Numbered from the stretch's first letter, positions 49,447-58,236 are shown. The stretch is DNA of 64,000 nucleotides from an uncultured Candidatus Saccharibacteria bacterium (GCA_964600255.1 CAZRIX010000001.1:43948-107947), one strand, 5' to 3'. Program-made: numbers and translations. Notes: a model not told the origin generated them from the sequence alone.

Positions 49447-50418
49447 TCAGGGCATGAGCCGGAAGAATTGGGCGTCGGCGATTCCACTGACGGCAATCGT
49501 CTGACCCGCCACAATGTTGGTACCGGAAGTCCAGGGTCCGGTAAGTGTTGGGGCCACCTGCACCACATAGGTTCCGGCGTTGCCGTTGGTCTCGGCCCCC
49601 AGGTGCACAACACCATCCATGTTGTGGATGAAGAGGCGCGGGGTGGGAGGGATGAGAGACAACGTAAGCACCTTGGATGATGCTCCGGCAGTAGCCGTAA
49701 ACGTGATGGCAAAGTCGCCCACCACGTATGACATGACATTCTGGACCTCATTCTGATTCGAGACCTGGTAGGATTTGAAACCAACCACCACAACGAGCTC
49801 AGCAACCATCTGGGAAGAACTTCCCGTAGTCACCGTGCCACCATCTGCCCTCCAACCAGGCGACAGATCCGTATAGGAGTTGGACAGAAACGTGACGTCT
49901 TGTCCGAGGCTGTTGTTTCCTCCATCCTGACTCCGCAAAGCTGCGGAGACCATGGACAGACTGACATCGTTTGCGCCAGTCTTGCTCTTGGCTCGGACAA
50001 GGACCCACACAGTCTTACCATTCGCACCTGCGAACGAACCGGAAGGATTGAATCCAGCCCAATATGTCACTCCCGAGGGAGTGGTCATGATGCTGTCCCA
50101 CCTAATATGGTTAATCAGGCGGGGATCCGTCAGGTTGGTCGGAGATCCCATCGGCAATGTGCCAGTGGCTCGAACCACCGAAATGGCCTTCGCGACCAAT
50201 CCAGCGAAGGCGGGATTGAACCTCGGTGACCCTTCGAAGGGCACCAGGGTGATGTCGACCTGGGTGGTGGTATCCGCCGCAGGAGCGGCACCGCGAATTG
50301 CGATGCCTTCTGCAGTAGTATCACCATTGTCGACCACCACCGGCGGGGTCGATGCAGCGCTGACTCCGAAGACCATCGCGAAAGCGACGGCCAACAGGGA
50401 CATGATTTTCTTGTACAT
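49447..50418 (-). CDS. GC-rich secreted hypothetical protein
   Basis: Signal peptide (VSA|A); SD TAAGGA; ends YVVQVAPTLTGPWT..QFFRLMP. Confidence 0.8.
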   Translation of the reverse strand: MYKKIMSLLAVAFAMVFGVSAASTPPVVVDNGDTTAEGIAIRGAAPAADTTTQVDITLVPFEGSPRFNPAFAGLVAKAISVVRATGTLPMGSPTNLTDPRLINHIRWDSIMTTPSGVTYWAGFNPSGSFAGANGKTVWVLVRAKSKTGANDVSLSMVSAALRSQDGGNNSLGQDVTFLSNSYTDLSPGWRADGGTVTTGSSSQMVAELVVVVGFKSYQVSNQNEVQNVMSYVVGDFAITFTATAGASSKVLTLSLIPPTPRLFIHNMDGVVHLGAETNGNAGTYVVQVAPTLTGPWTSGTNIVAGQTIAVSGIADAQFFRLMP

Positions 50419-50579
50419 AGGTTATCCTTAATCAGCTCAAATCATCAGGAAACGACTATAGACATCTGTTGTAAAACCGTTACAACATTTGTTTTTAAGT
50501 CTCTGACCGACAGGCCAATTCATCCTTAATTCAAAGAGCTAGTTGCAAGCAACCTATCATAGTTTGATATAATTGTCAA
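50419..50579 (-). promoter_or_regulatory. Sigma70 promoter and long leader with boxA-like motif
   Basis: TTGACA (50574-79)-17-TAGGTT; GCTCTTTGAA at 50530-39; hairpin TGTTGTAA/TTACAACA. Confidence 0.6.
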
Positions 50580-50617
50580 TATGCTTCCCTACCTAATATT
50601 GATGCTATAATATTTGC

Positions 50618-51295
50618 ATGATTTTTCTTTATGCTCTTCTTGCAGGTGTACTTCCAGCACTACTTTGGCTTTGGTTTTGGCTACGTGAAGATAACTTGCA
50701 TCCAGAGCCTAGAGCACTAGTTGCTATTTCCTTTTTGATGGGTATTTTTTCAGTTGTAGTTGCAATAGGTCTTGAAAAAATTGTATTTGACATCACAAGT
50801 GACCAGACTTACAGATACATGGCCTGGGCTGCGATTGAGGAGATATGCAAATTCCTAGCAATCGCTTTTATTTTATTTAACTCAAAGTACATGGATGAAC
50901 CAGTTGATGCAATGATCTATTGTATAACAGTAGCATTGGGTTTTGCTGCGCTAGAGAATACACTTTTCATTCTTTCCCCACTTCACGAAGGTGAATTTGC
51001 AAAAGGAATAATTACAGGAAATATGAGATTCATTGGTGCGACACTTGTTCACACAGTTTGCTCAGCTATTATAGGATTTTTTGTCGGTATAGCTTATTAC
51101 AAGGACTTTTTTACAAAAAGTATATCAGTAATTTTTGGAGTTATCCTCGCTATTGTATTGCATGCTGGCTTTAATTTGTCTATAATTAATGAAACGGTAA
51201 CGAATACACTGAAAGTTTTTAGTTGGGTGTGGTTGGCAGTAATTATTACGCTCATCCTTTTTGAAGAAATTAAAGGAGTTCGGGCAAAGAATTAA
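50618..51295 (+). CDS. PrsW family intramembrane protease
   Basis: HPEP, EEICK, LGFAALEN, H..., LHAGFN. Confidence 0.92.
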   Translation: MIFLYALLAGVLPALLWLWFWLREDNLHPEPRALVAISFLMGIFSVVVAIGLEKIVFDITSDQTYRYMAWAAIEEICKFLAIAFILFNSKYMDEPVDAMIYCITVALGFAALENTLFILSPLHEGEFAKGIITGNMRFIGATLVHTVCSAIIGFFVGIAYYKDFFTKSISVIFGVILAIVLHAGFNLSIINETVTNTLKVFSWVWLAVIITLILFEEIKGVRAKN

Positions 51296-51330
51296 TTTAT
51301 TAAAATTGTAATTTGAAATTCAGCAAAATC

Positions 51331-51795
51331 ATGGCAAAAGAAAAAAAATCATTTTTTGAAAGAATCACAGGAACAGTCCGAATGGATGATGACAGTGATG
51401 ATCTACTTGAAGAAGAGCAAGAAAGCACAAAGACTATTTCTGCATGGGAAGATGAGGATGAAAAAGAAGGTGAACTAACTGTAGATGTATACCAAACATC
51501 AGACACTATAGTTATAAAGGCCATGATTGCTGGAGTTCGACCTGAAGATCTCGACATTTCTATCACTCGAGATATGGTGACTATTAAAGGAAAGAGAGAG
51601 GAGGAAAAAGTAGCGCGCGAAGATGACTATTTTATGCGCGAACTATATTGGGGTACGTTTTCAAGAACCATTTCCCTACCAGAGGAAATCGATGTGGACG
51701 AATCAGAAGCTATAGAGAAGCACGGGCTATTGATACTTAAGCTTCCTAAGCTCGACAAGAAGAGACAATCAAAATTGAAGGTAAAGATGCTTTAG
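51331..51795 (+). CDS. Hsp20/alpha-crystallin family protein
   Basis: VDVYQT, AGVRPEDLDI, F.RTISLPEEID, GLLILKLPK. Confidence 0.93.
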   Translation: MAKEKKSFFERITGTVRMDDDSDDLLEEEQESTKTISAWEDEDEKEGELTVDVYQTSDTIVIKAMIAGVRPEDLDISITRDMVTIKGKREEEKVAREDDYFMRELYWGTFSRTISLPEEIDVDESEAIEKHGLLILKLPKLDKKRQSKLKVKML

Positions 51796-51836
51796 AAAAA
51801 GCCTGGCGACATCTACACTGATTAAAATATACACTA

Positions 51837-51946
51837 TTGACATTTATTGGAAATAGTGTATATTTTAATTCTGTTTGGCAATAAAATACCGTGTGATCGA
51901 TTGCCACACAGGGATCCGAACGCTTCCGCGTCTCGGGTCTTCTTTA
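51837..51946 (+). ncRNA. Candidate small RNA unit (about 75 nt)
   Basis: TTGACA 51837-42 with TATATT -10; GC-richer stems; terminator GATCCGA..TCGGGTC TTCTTT; no convincing ORF. Confidence 0.45.
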
Positions 51947-51950
51947 TTTG

Positions 51951-52023
51951 TGCCAAGGACCAGGATCGAACTGGTGACCCTTCCCTCTTCAGGGGAATGC
52001 TCTACCAACTGAGCTACCTTGGC
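51951..52023 (-). tRNA. tRNA-Phe(GAA)
   Basis: GCCAAGG..CCTTGGC-A; anticodon arm TTCCC-CTGAAGA-GGGAA. Confidence 0.95.
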
Positions 52024-52127
52024 GTTGGTATATCTAACTATAATATAACTTAAGTTGTTTTGGAATGTATACCTACCAAGACAGCTACTTGGCTTGGTAT
52101 TAAAACTACTATATTATATTTTCAAAC

Positions 52128-52394
52128 CTACTTCAATAAATCCTGTAGCAGTTGAAAACTTTCTTGTGGGTTCATTGTTGAATCTTTTGATCCACTAACT
52201 GTACTGCTCAAGAAATTTATATAAGGCTGTATGAAATATATTGCACCAAAAGATATACTGATTATTACTAACCAATATATAACACGCATTACCATTGAGA
52301 TTCTATTGGATAGACGAATAGACTTAAGAATTTCGTTATTCTCCTCGCATAACCTATACGTTCTCTCTAGCAAAGACCTTTCTTCTGGATTCAT
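52128..52394 (-). CDS. Small single-TM hypothetical protein
   Basis: MNPEERSLLE..EENNEIL, TM; TGCTATACT extended -10 just upstream. Confidence 0.75.
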   Translation of the reverse strand: MNPEERSLLERTYRLCEENNEILKSIRLSNRISMVMRVIYWLVIISISFGAIYFIQPYINFLSSTVSGSKDSTMNPQESFQLLQDLLK

Positions 52395-52443
52395 AAATAT
52401 GAGTATAGCAGATTTTATTAAAAAAACCAGAATTCAATCAGGA

Positions 52444-53085
52444 TTAATTATTGTCAGTGTTAATCACAAGGTCCGCTCTCTTTTCCGGATTATATTTTCC
52501 GATATAACGTTTTAGGGCGATTATTACTTGTCCAAAATATGAATCAGGGTGATCTTCTGAAAAATAATCCTTACCCCACATATTCTTTTCCCTTTCTACC
52601 CTTCTTTTATCAACTTCATCAATATTACCTGTAATGTAAATTCTCTTGTCCCAAAGATCATTCAAGAGCTCTGGGTGAAACATAAATGCACCCTCAATCA
52701 CAAGAATGCTTTTTGATAGGTCAAAAGTCTTTTCGACATCAATGTTTCCGGAAACTGGATTAAATATCTGTGTTCTATACAACGGTTCACCAGACCTATA
52801 CTTTTTTATAATATCTTCAATTTTATTACAATCTATATTTCTTAATTCAAATACGACAGATTTATCATTATTGTTTTTGAGTAAGTTTTCCAGGTTAGCC
52901 TTTGAGATCAAAAAATCATCCTGGTGAATAACCAGAACATCAGAATTAATTTTATCCAGTTCATTTGATATAGTAGTCTTACCAACGCCCGTATAACCAT
53001 CAATAGCTACAACCAGTTTTGGCTTATCTTTATACCAAGATTGGATGCTTTTATTTATCTCAGTTGCTAATTTAGAGATCGACAT
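52444..53085 (-). CDS. Uridine kinase-like P-loop protein
   Basis: AIDGYTGVGKTT, HQDDF, VIEGAF, P..RADLVI. Confidence 0.75.
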   Translation of the reverse strand: MSISKLATEINKSIQSWYKDKPKLVVAIDGYTGVGKTTISNELDKINSDVLVIHQDDFLISKANLENLLKNNNDKSVVFELRNIDCNKIEDIIKKYRSGEPLYRTQIFNPVSGNIDVEKTFDLSKSILVIEGAFMFHPELLNDLWDKRIYITGNIDEVDKRRVEREKNMWGKDYFSEDHPDSYFGQVIIALKRYIGKYNPEKRADLVINTDNN

Positions 53086-53096
53086 TTTATTATTAC

Positions 53097-53765
53097 CTAT
53101 TTTACCTTAATTCCTAATAATTGAACTATCTGGGCTGTCTGTGAAAAATCAATTGTAATATTTCTCATCTGTTCTGCCCCCATTTTAATACCATCAATCT
53201 GAGAACTGCTTAGATCAACACCCTTAATATTCGAGTTAGAAAAATCAACGTTACTCATCTTACAATTTATAAAATAAACATTATTTAACTCTGCACCTTG
53301 AAAATCTGAATCATTAAGACTACATCCATCAAATATCACATCTTCAATTATAGAAAAACGAAAGAGCGCGAGGTCGGCCTTACTATTCGTAAACGTCACA
53401 TATCTAAGTGAGGCACTTACCAGCTTTAAACCAGTAAGGCGGCAACTCTTAAATTCGACCCTACTGAAGCTAGCTTGCTCGAAATAAGTATTTAGCAGAT
53501 TAACTGCGTCAAACTGGACATCGGTTAATTTTATTGATTTCAGTTTTGAGCGACTGATTTCAACGTGATTAATTATTGAGTTCTCTATCGATAGATCAGA
53601 AGCTTCAACTAGACTTAAATCCAAATCAGATAATTTAATCTTTTCAAAATTAAAATCATCTACAAATTGTTCTCTGGACAACACAACCACATCCAAACCT
53701 TTAGGTATAATTGGTTTTAATATTGAACGGACTTTTTCAGGTTTTTGTTTTAAGGCTTGAATCAT
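53097..53765 (-). CDS. Pentapeptide repeat protein
   Basis: Regular x[FL]xxx pentads (ADLAL FRFSI, SDFQG AELNN). Confidence 0.9.
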   Translation of the reverse strand: MIQALKQKPEKVRSILKPIIPKGLDVVVLSREQFVDDFNFEKIKLSDLDLSLVEASDLSIENSIINHVEISRSKLKSIKLTDVQFDAVNLLNTYFEQASFSRVEFKSCRLTGLKLVSASLRYVTFTNSKADLALFRFSIIEDVIFDGCSLNDSDFQGAELNNVYFINCKMSNVDFSNSNIKGVDLSSSQIDGIKMGAEQMRNITIDFSQTAQIVQLLGIKVK

Positions 53766-53767
53766 TG

Positions 53768-53839
53768 TGCCCTCGGCAGGAATCGAACCTACATCTACTC
53801 CTTAGGACGGAACTGTTCTATCCATTGAACTACGAGGGC
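53768..53839 (-). tRNA. tRNA-Arg(CCT)
   Basis: GCCCTCG..CGAGGGC-A; anticodon loop GTCCTAA; GGTTCGATTCC. Confidence 0.92.
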
Positions 53840-53860
53840 AGTACAATGAATATACCACAA

Positions 53861-54097
53861 TTACTTAACTCCTAAAACCTCAGCCAAATGAGCCTCATCA
53901 AAGCCGACTGTAATATCGCCTTCAATATCGATAACTGGAACTCCTAGTTGTCCACTCTTGTCTACCATAACCTTTCTTTGCTCTAGATCTGAAGCTACAT
54001 TGTGTTCAGTATAGTTTACTCCGTGTGCCTTGAAATAATCCTTTGCTAATCCACAATAATGACAAGTTGGTGTTGAATATATAATTACATTTTTCAT
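53861..54097 (-). CDS. Glutaredoxin/NrdH-like redoxin
   Basis: YSTPTCHYC, GQLGVPVI, GFD. Confidence 0.92.
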   Translation of the reverse strand: MKNVIIYSTPTCHYCGLAKDYFKAHGVNYTEHNVASDLEQRKVMVDKSGQLGVPVIDIEGDITVGFDEAHLAEVLGVK

Positions 54098-54114
54098 ATG
54101 AATATTCTATCAAA

Positions 54115-54492
54115 TTATCTAAACCAATGGAATACTTTAAAAAGTAAACTTTCTGTGGTAGAACCAGTAGTCGGTACTGATGTCGCTATTGGATCGACGA
54201 TGACTGCGATCTTCTCCCCATCTTTTATGGCACGGAACTTCGTGCGTATCTCATCCTCCACACCCTGATCTGTTTTTAAATAGTCTATAGATTCAGACAA
54301 CTTTTGCTGTCTCAAAGATAGCTTTGCTAATTCCAATTTTTCTCTTTCCAAATTTGCCTTACTGATCCGTGCTTTGCTGTACACACCCCATACACCACTA
54401 ATTAGAATGACGAGCAACAATGACATTATCACCAGCACGACGGGTGAATACATGATCTTTTTTAAATTTCTTTTTCTTTGGAAATCAAGCAT
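54115..54492 (-). CDS. Septum formation initiator (FtsB/DivIC-like)
   Basis: TM, coiled coil, L.TD.GVE.EIR.K...K.GE. Confidence 0.8.
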   Translation of the reverse strand: MLDFQRKRNLKKIMYSPVVLVIMSLLLVILISGVWGVYSKARISKANLEREKLELAKLSLRQQKLSESIDYLKTDQGVEDEIRTKFRAIKDGEKIAVIVDPIATSVPTTGSTTESLLFKVFHWFR

Positions 54493-54538
54493 TGTATAAG
54501 TTGAAAAGTTTCAATATATAGTATACTATATTGCTCAT

Positions 54539-54646
54539 ATGTTATTCCACCAAAACACAAAAAAGGCCTTGCGAGTCGTTATGATTGTTGTAGGTATACT
54601 TATAATAATAAGTATGGTTATAAGTGTATTACCTAACTTAATGTAG
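54539..54646 (+). CDS. 35-aa single-TM microprotein (absent from ORF track)
   Basis: MLFHQNTKKALRVVMIVVGILIIISMVISVLPNLM*; TATACT at 54522-27. Confidence 0.6.
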   Translation: MLFHQNTKKALRVVMIVVGILIIISMVISVLPNLM

Positions 54647-54675
54647 TTTTATTCGACGTATATTCTAGGTATACA

Positions 54676-56481
54676 CTAGTCCGAGCGCATCATTTTTATA
54701 AATACTTCCTGAGGGATTGTAACGTTTCCTCTACCTAGTTCCTTCATTTTCTTTTTACCTTCTTTCTGCTTTTCCCATAGTTTCATTTTTCTTGTTCTAT
54801 CACCTCCGTACATATGCTGTGTAACGTTTTTCTGCATGCCTGCTAGGGTCTCTGAGGCTATTATTCTTCCCTGCGCTTTACCCTGAATCTTAACTGTGAA
54901 CATTTGTCTTGGTAGAACTTTATGCAACTTCTCAACCGAAGCCTTTGCTTCTTCTTCCAAACGACGTCTTGATACGACCCTAGTGAATGCAATAACAGGT
55001 TCATCAGCTACAAGCAAATCTAGACGAGCAACGTCTGCTTCGCGCATATCGGTAATCTCATATGAAATGGACGCATAACCTGAGGATACACTCTTGATCT
55101 CATCGAAGAAATTCCTCATCAATTCGCGTAATGGCATAATTAATGTTATTGAATTTCGATTTTCTCCAAAGTTATCTGTCGAAGTTACTTCCCCTTCATG
55201 ATTGAAGACACTTTGCATTATAGGACCTAGATAGTCTGGCGGAGTGATTATTTTCATCTTAACCAAAGGTTCATAGACTTTTTTAACCTCATGATCATCT
55301 GGGAAAAGTGCTGGTGAATACACTACCACTGTTTTGCCATTCTTAAGCTCAACGTTATAGGTAATACTTGGAATTGTAACTACTAGGTTTAAATTAAATT
55401 CACGACGCAAACGTTCGGTAATAATCTCAAGATGTAGCATTCCTAGGAAACCACATCGGAATCCTCTACCCAAAGTTCCTGAAGATTCTTCTTCGTGAGT
55501 AAATGATGAATCAGATAGTCTCAAACGACCAAGTGCCATTCTAAGAGAGTTGAAATCATCCTGACTCTCAGGATATACCGAAGCCCATACCACAGGACGA
55601 GGTGTCATGTAGCCATGAAGTGGTGAAGTTAGATCTTTGATTGAGGCAACCGTGTCTCCTACAGATGCGATTCCGGGTTGTTTGATACCAGTCACTATAT
55701 AGCCAATCTCACCAACACTGAGTGACTCAGTTGGAGTATCATCGGGAGCAAAGATTCCAACTTCTAGAGCTTGGAACTTCTCATCTGAAATTTTGAAAAG
55801 GAGTTGATCATGTCTTTTGACTGATCCATTCATTACGCGAATATACACGATAACACCTTTATGATTTGAATATTGAAAATCGAAAACAAGTGAGCGAAAT
55901 TCATTGGTTGCATTGTCTTCTGGAATCTTTGGGGCTGGAATGCGCTTTACAATCTCGTCTAGCAGATTGGTTACGCCCTCACCCGTCTTACCAGAAACCT
56001 TTAGAATCTCGCTTTCATCACAACCTATTAGCTCACAGACTTCTTGAGTCACCTCAGGGATACGCGCTAGAGGTGAGTCTATTTTTGAAATAACTGGAAT
56101 GATTTTTAGACCAGTTTCTTGAGCCATATGCAAAGTAGTAAGAGTCTGCGCTTGAACTCCCTGAGTCGCATCTACAAGTAGAATAGAGCCTTCCACAGCC
56201 TTTAGAGCACGTGACACTTCGTATGAGAAGTCGATGTGTCCTGGAGTATCGATTAGGTTCAAAATATAGTCCTGTCCTGCAGACTTAAACTTCATTCTAA
56301 CTGGCTGCATTTTGATTGTTATACCTCTCTCACGTTCAAGTTCCATACTATCAAGAACTTGCTCCTGCATTTTTCTTTTTTCTATAGTATTTGTAAGCTC
56401 AAGCATACGGTCAGCCAAGGTGGACTTACCGTGATCGATATGAGCTATTATGGAAAAGTTACGAATATTCTTTGGATTCAT
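54676..56481 (-). CDS. lepA: Elongation factor 4
   Basis: IRNFSIIAHIDHGKSTLADR, GFRCGFLGMLH, YGGDRTRKMKL. Confidence 0.98.
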   Translation of the reverse strand: MNPKNIRNFSIIAHIDHGKSTLADRMLELTNTIEKRKMQEQVLDSMELERERGITIKMQPVRMKFKSAGQDYILNLIDTPGHIDFSYEVSRALKAVEGSILLVDATQGVQAQTLTTLHMAQETGLKIIPVISKIDSPLARIPEVTQEVCELIGCDESEILKVSGKTGEGVTNLLDEIVKRIPAPKIPEDNATNEFRSLVFDFQYSNHKGVIVYIRVMNGSVKRHDQLLFKISDEKFQALEVGIFAPDDTPTESLSVGEIGYIVTGIKQPGIASVGDTVASIKDLTSPLHGYMTPRPVVWASVYPESQDDFNSLRMALGRLRLSDSSFTHEEESSGTLGRGFRCGFLGMLHLEIITERLRREFNLNLVVTIPSITYNVELKNGKTVVVYSPALFPDDHEVKKVYEPLVKMKIITPPDYLGPIMQSVFNHEGEVTSTDNFGENRNSITLIMPLRELMRNFFDEIKSVSSGYASISYEITDMREADVARLDLLVADEPVIAFTRVVSRRRLEEEAKASVEKLHKVLPRQMFTVKIQGKAQGRIIASETLAGMQKNVTQHMYGGDRTRKMKLWEKQKEGKKKMKELGRGNVTIPQEVFIKMMRSD

Positions 56482-56533
56482 GTAGAACCTATACTATCAG
56501 AAACGTCAATAAAACTAAAGTTTTACGAAAAGA

Positions 56534-58213
56534 CTAGAGAGTTCCCTGGTCTGGAACAACAACGTTTGACTTCCAGAACTTGTGGTGCAGTGTCTGCCAA
56601 ACTTCCTGTATTTCCTTATTCTTTAGGATCAATAGCATCAAGATTAATACAATTATTCCCACAATTCCAGCCAAGAATCCCTGGAAAAACACGTTCCAAG
56701 CCTTTGTTAGTGGGAAGAATATATTAAAGAATCTCAGAGAAATAAAAGTAACATAACCCATGATTACCGATGCTGCGAAACTTTGGAACAATGTATTTAT
56801 AACTGGTTTTGTAAATCCTGGATAATCCTTTTCAAACATATGCCAATGTAAATATGTATTAAACATAACACCCAAACTGTATGCTAGAGCCAGCACAAGC
56901 ACACTAGTACCAGTCTGACCAGAAACTTTGAATAGATCCTCTAAGAAGAATCTGAACAGTGGGTAAAGGAAGAAGAGCTTTGTAAATATGTATCCCGATG
57001 CAACCATTATCGCTCCTGATACTATGTTTATAAATAGAGGCTTTCTTGTTTTACCTTCGGCATAATATGCGCGAACAAAAAGTAGTATTAGACTTTGTCC
57101 CATCACCGAGATTATAAAAATCGCTAGAACAGCAGCAGTAAGTCTAGTATCTGCCCAGTCGAACTTTCCCGCTCCATATATTGTTCTTACTATCTGTGCT
57201 CTCAATACAATAAACAGAATAGTAACGGGTATAGACCAGAATACGATATGCCTAGCTGAATCAATCATTTGACCCAAAAACTTCTGTCTATTTTTCTCTA
57301 CAAAAAATTTAGATAGTGTTGGAAAAACTGCAGAAGAATAGCTAACTCCTATTATTGATAACGGAACTGATTGTAGATTGAAAGCGAGGTTAAATACTGA
57401 TATTGAGCCTGCACTCATAAACGACGCTAGAGATATTAGAAAAAAAGATGCGAGCTGGTTTGAAGACAGAGTTAGTGTTCTAGGAAGAGAGATTACTGCC
57501 ACCTGTCTGATATCAGCCCAATTTATGTTAAAACTAAATCTTGGAAAAGTATCCTTGTGCATAATAAACGGTATCTGGATCGCCATATGCATAAATGCCC
57601 CAGCAACAACTCCAACTATTAGTCCGTTTAGACCTAGATATGGATAGATAAAAATAATTCCGACGATTATTCCTACGTTATATAGAATAGGACTAATAGC
57701 GTAGATCAGAAAACGTTTGTGCATCTGAGTAATACTTGAAAGAAAATTCGAGATTCCAAGAAATATTGGAGAGAGTAGCAATATTCTGGTAGCAAGAATA
57801 AGTTCGGGTAGTGACTTATCGTTCTTAAATCCCGGAACAAGTATTGTGATAATGTCTGGAATGAATATATAAACAATAATACTTACGAATATTATGATTA
57901 TAAAAAACGCTGAGAAAATACTATCAATAAACTTACGACCCTGATCAGGATCTTTGTTATATCTTTCAATGAAGAATGGTACTAGAACCGACGCAGAGGC
58001 TACTGAGGCTATAGATACGAATATCAAGTCCGGTATTCTAAAAGACAAATAGTATATATCTAGAGCATGATCGGCACCAAACTTGAATGCCAACATTTTG
58101 TCACGCACAAGAGCGAGTATTTGTGAGAAAAATGCAAATAGAGCAAGAAGATAGGCAGCCTCATGTAGGCCTTTTATCTCTTTTCCTACCATCTCGAAAA
58201 ACTTTTTTACCAT
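56534..58213 (-). CDS. murJ: Lipid II flippase MurJ
   Basis: LVRD...FGA, FRIPD, multi-TM MviN pattern. Confidence 0.9.
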   Translation of the reverse strand: MVKKFFEMVGKEIKGLHEAAYLLALFAFFSQILALVRDKMLAFKFGADHALDIYYLSFRIPDLIFVSIASVASASVLVPFFIERYNKDPDQGRKFIDSIFSAFFIIIIFVSIIVYIFIPDIITILVPGFKNDKSLPELILATRILLLSPIFLGISNFLSSITQMHKRFLIYAISPILYNVGIIVGIIFIYPYLGLNGLIVGVVAGAFMHMAIQIPFIMHKDTFPRFSFNINWADIRQVAVISLPRTLTLSSNQLASFFLISLASFMSAGSISVFNLAFNLQSVPLSIIGVSYSSAVFPTLSKFFVEKNRQKFLGQMIDSARHIVFWSIPVTILFIVLRAQIVRTIYGAGKFDWADTRLTAAVLAIFIISVMGQSLILLFVRAYYAEGKTRKPLFINIVSGAIMVASGYIFTKLFFLYPLFRFFLEDLFKVSGQTGTSVLVLALAYSLGVMFNTYLHWHMFEKDYPGFTKPVINTLFQSFAASVIMGYVTFISLRFFNIFFPLTKAWNVFFQGFLAGIVGIIVLILMLLILKNKEIQEVWQTLHHKFWKSNVVVPDQGTL

Positions 58214-58236
58214 GTGATCTCAGAAAATATTAGGGA

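Noticed and set aside
49359-50431. Many overlapping ORFs around the GC-rich secreted gene
   Set aside because: High GC lowers stop-codon frequency; only 49447..50418 has an SD, a signal peptide and a terminator.
51847-52053. 68-aa ORF on the plus strand
   Set aside because: Runs through a promoter, a terminator and antisense tRNA-Phe; no protein-like features.
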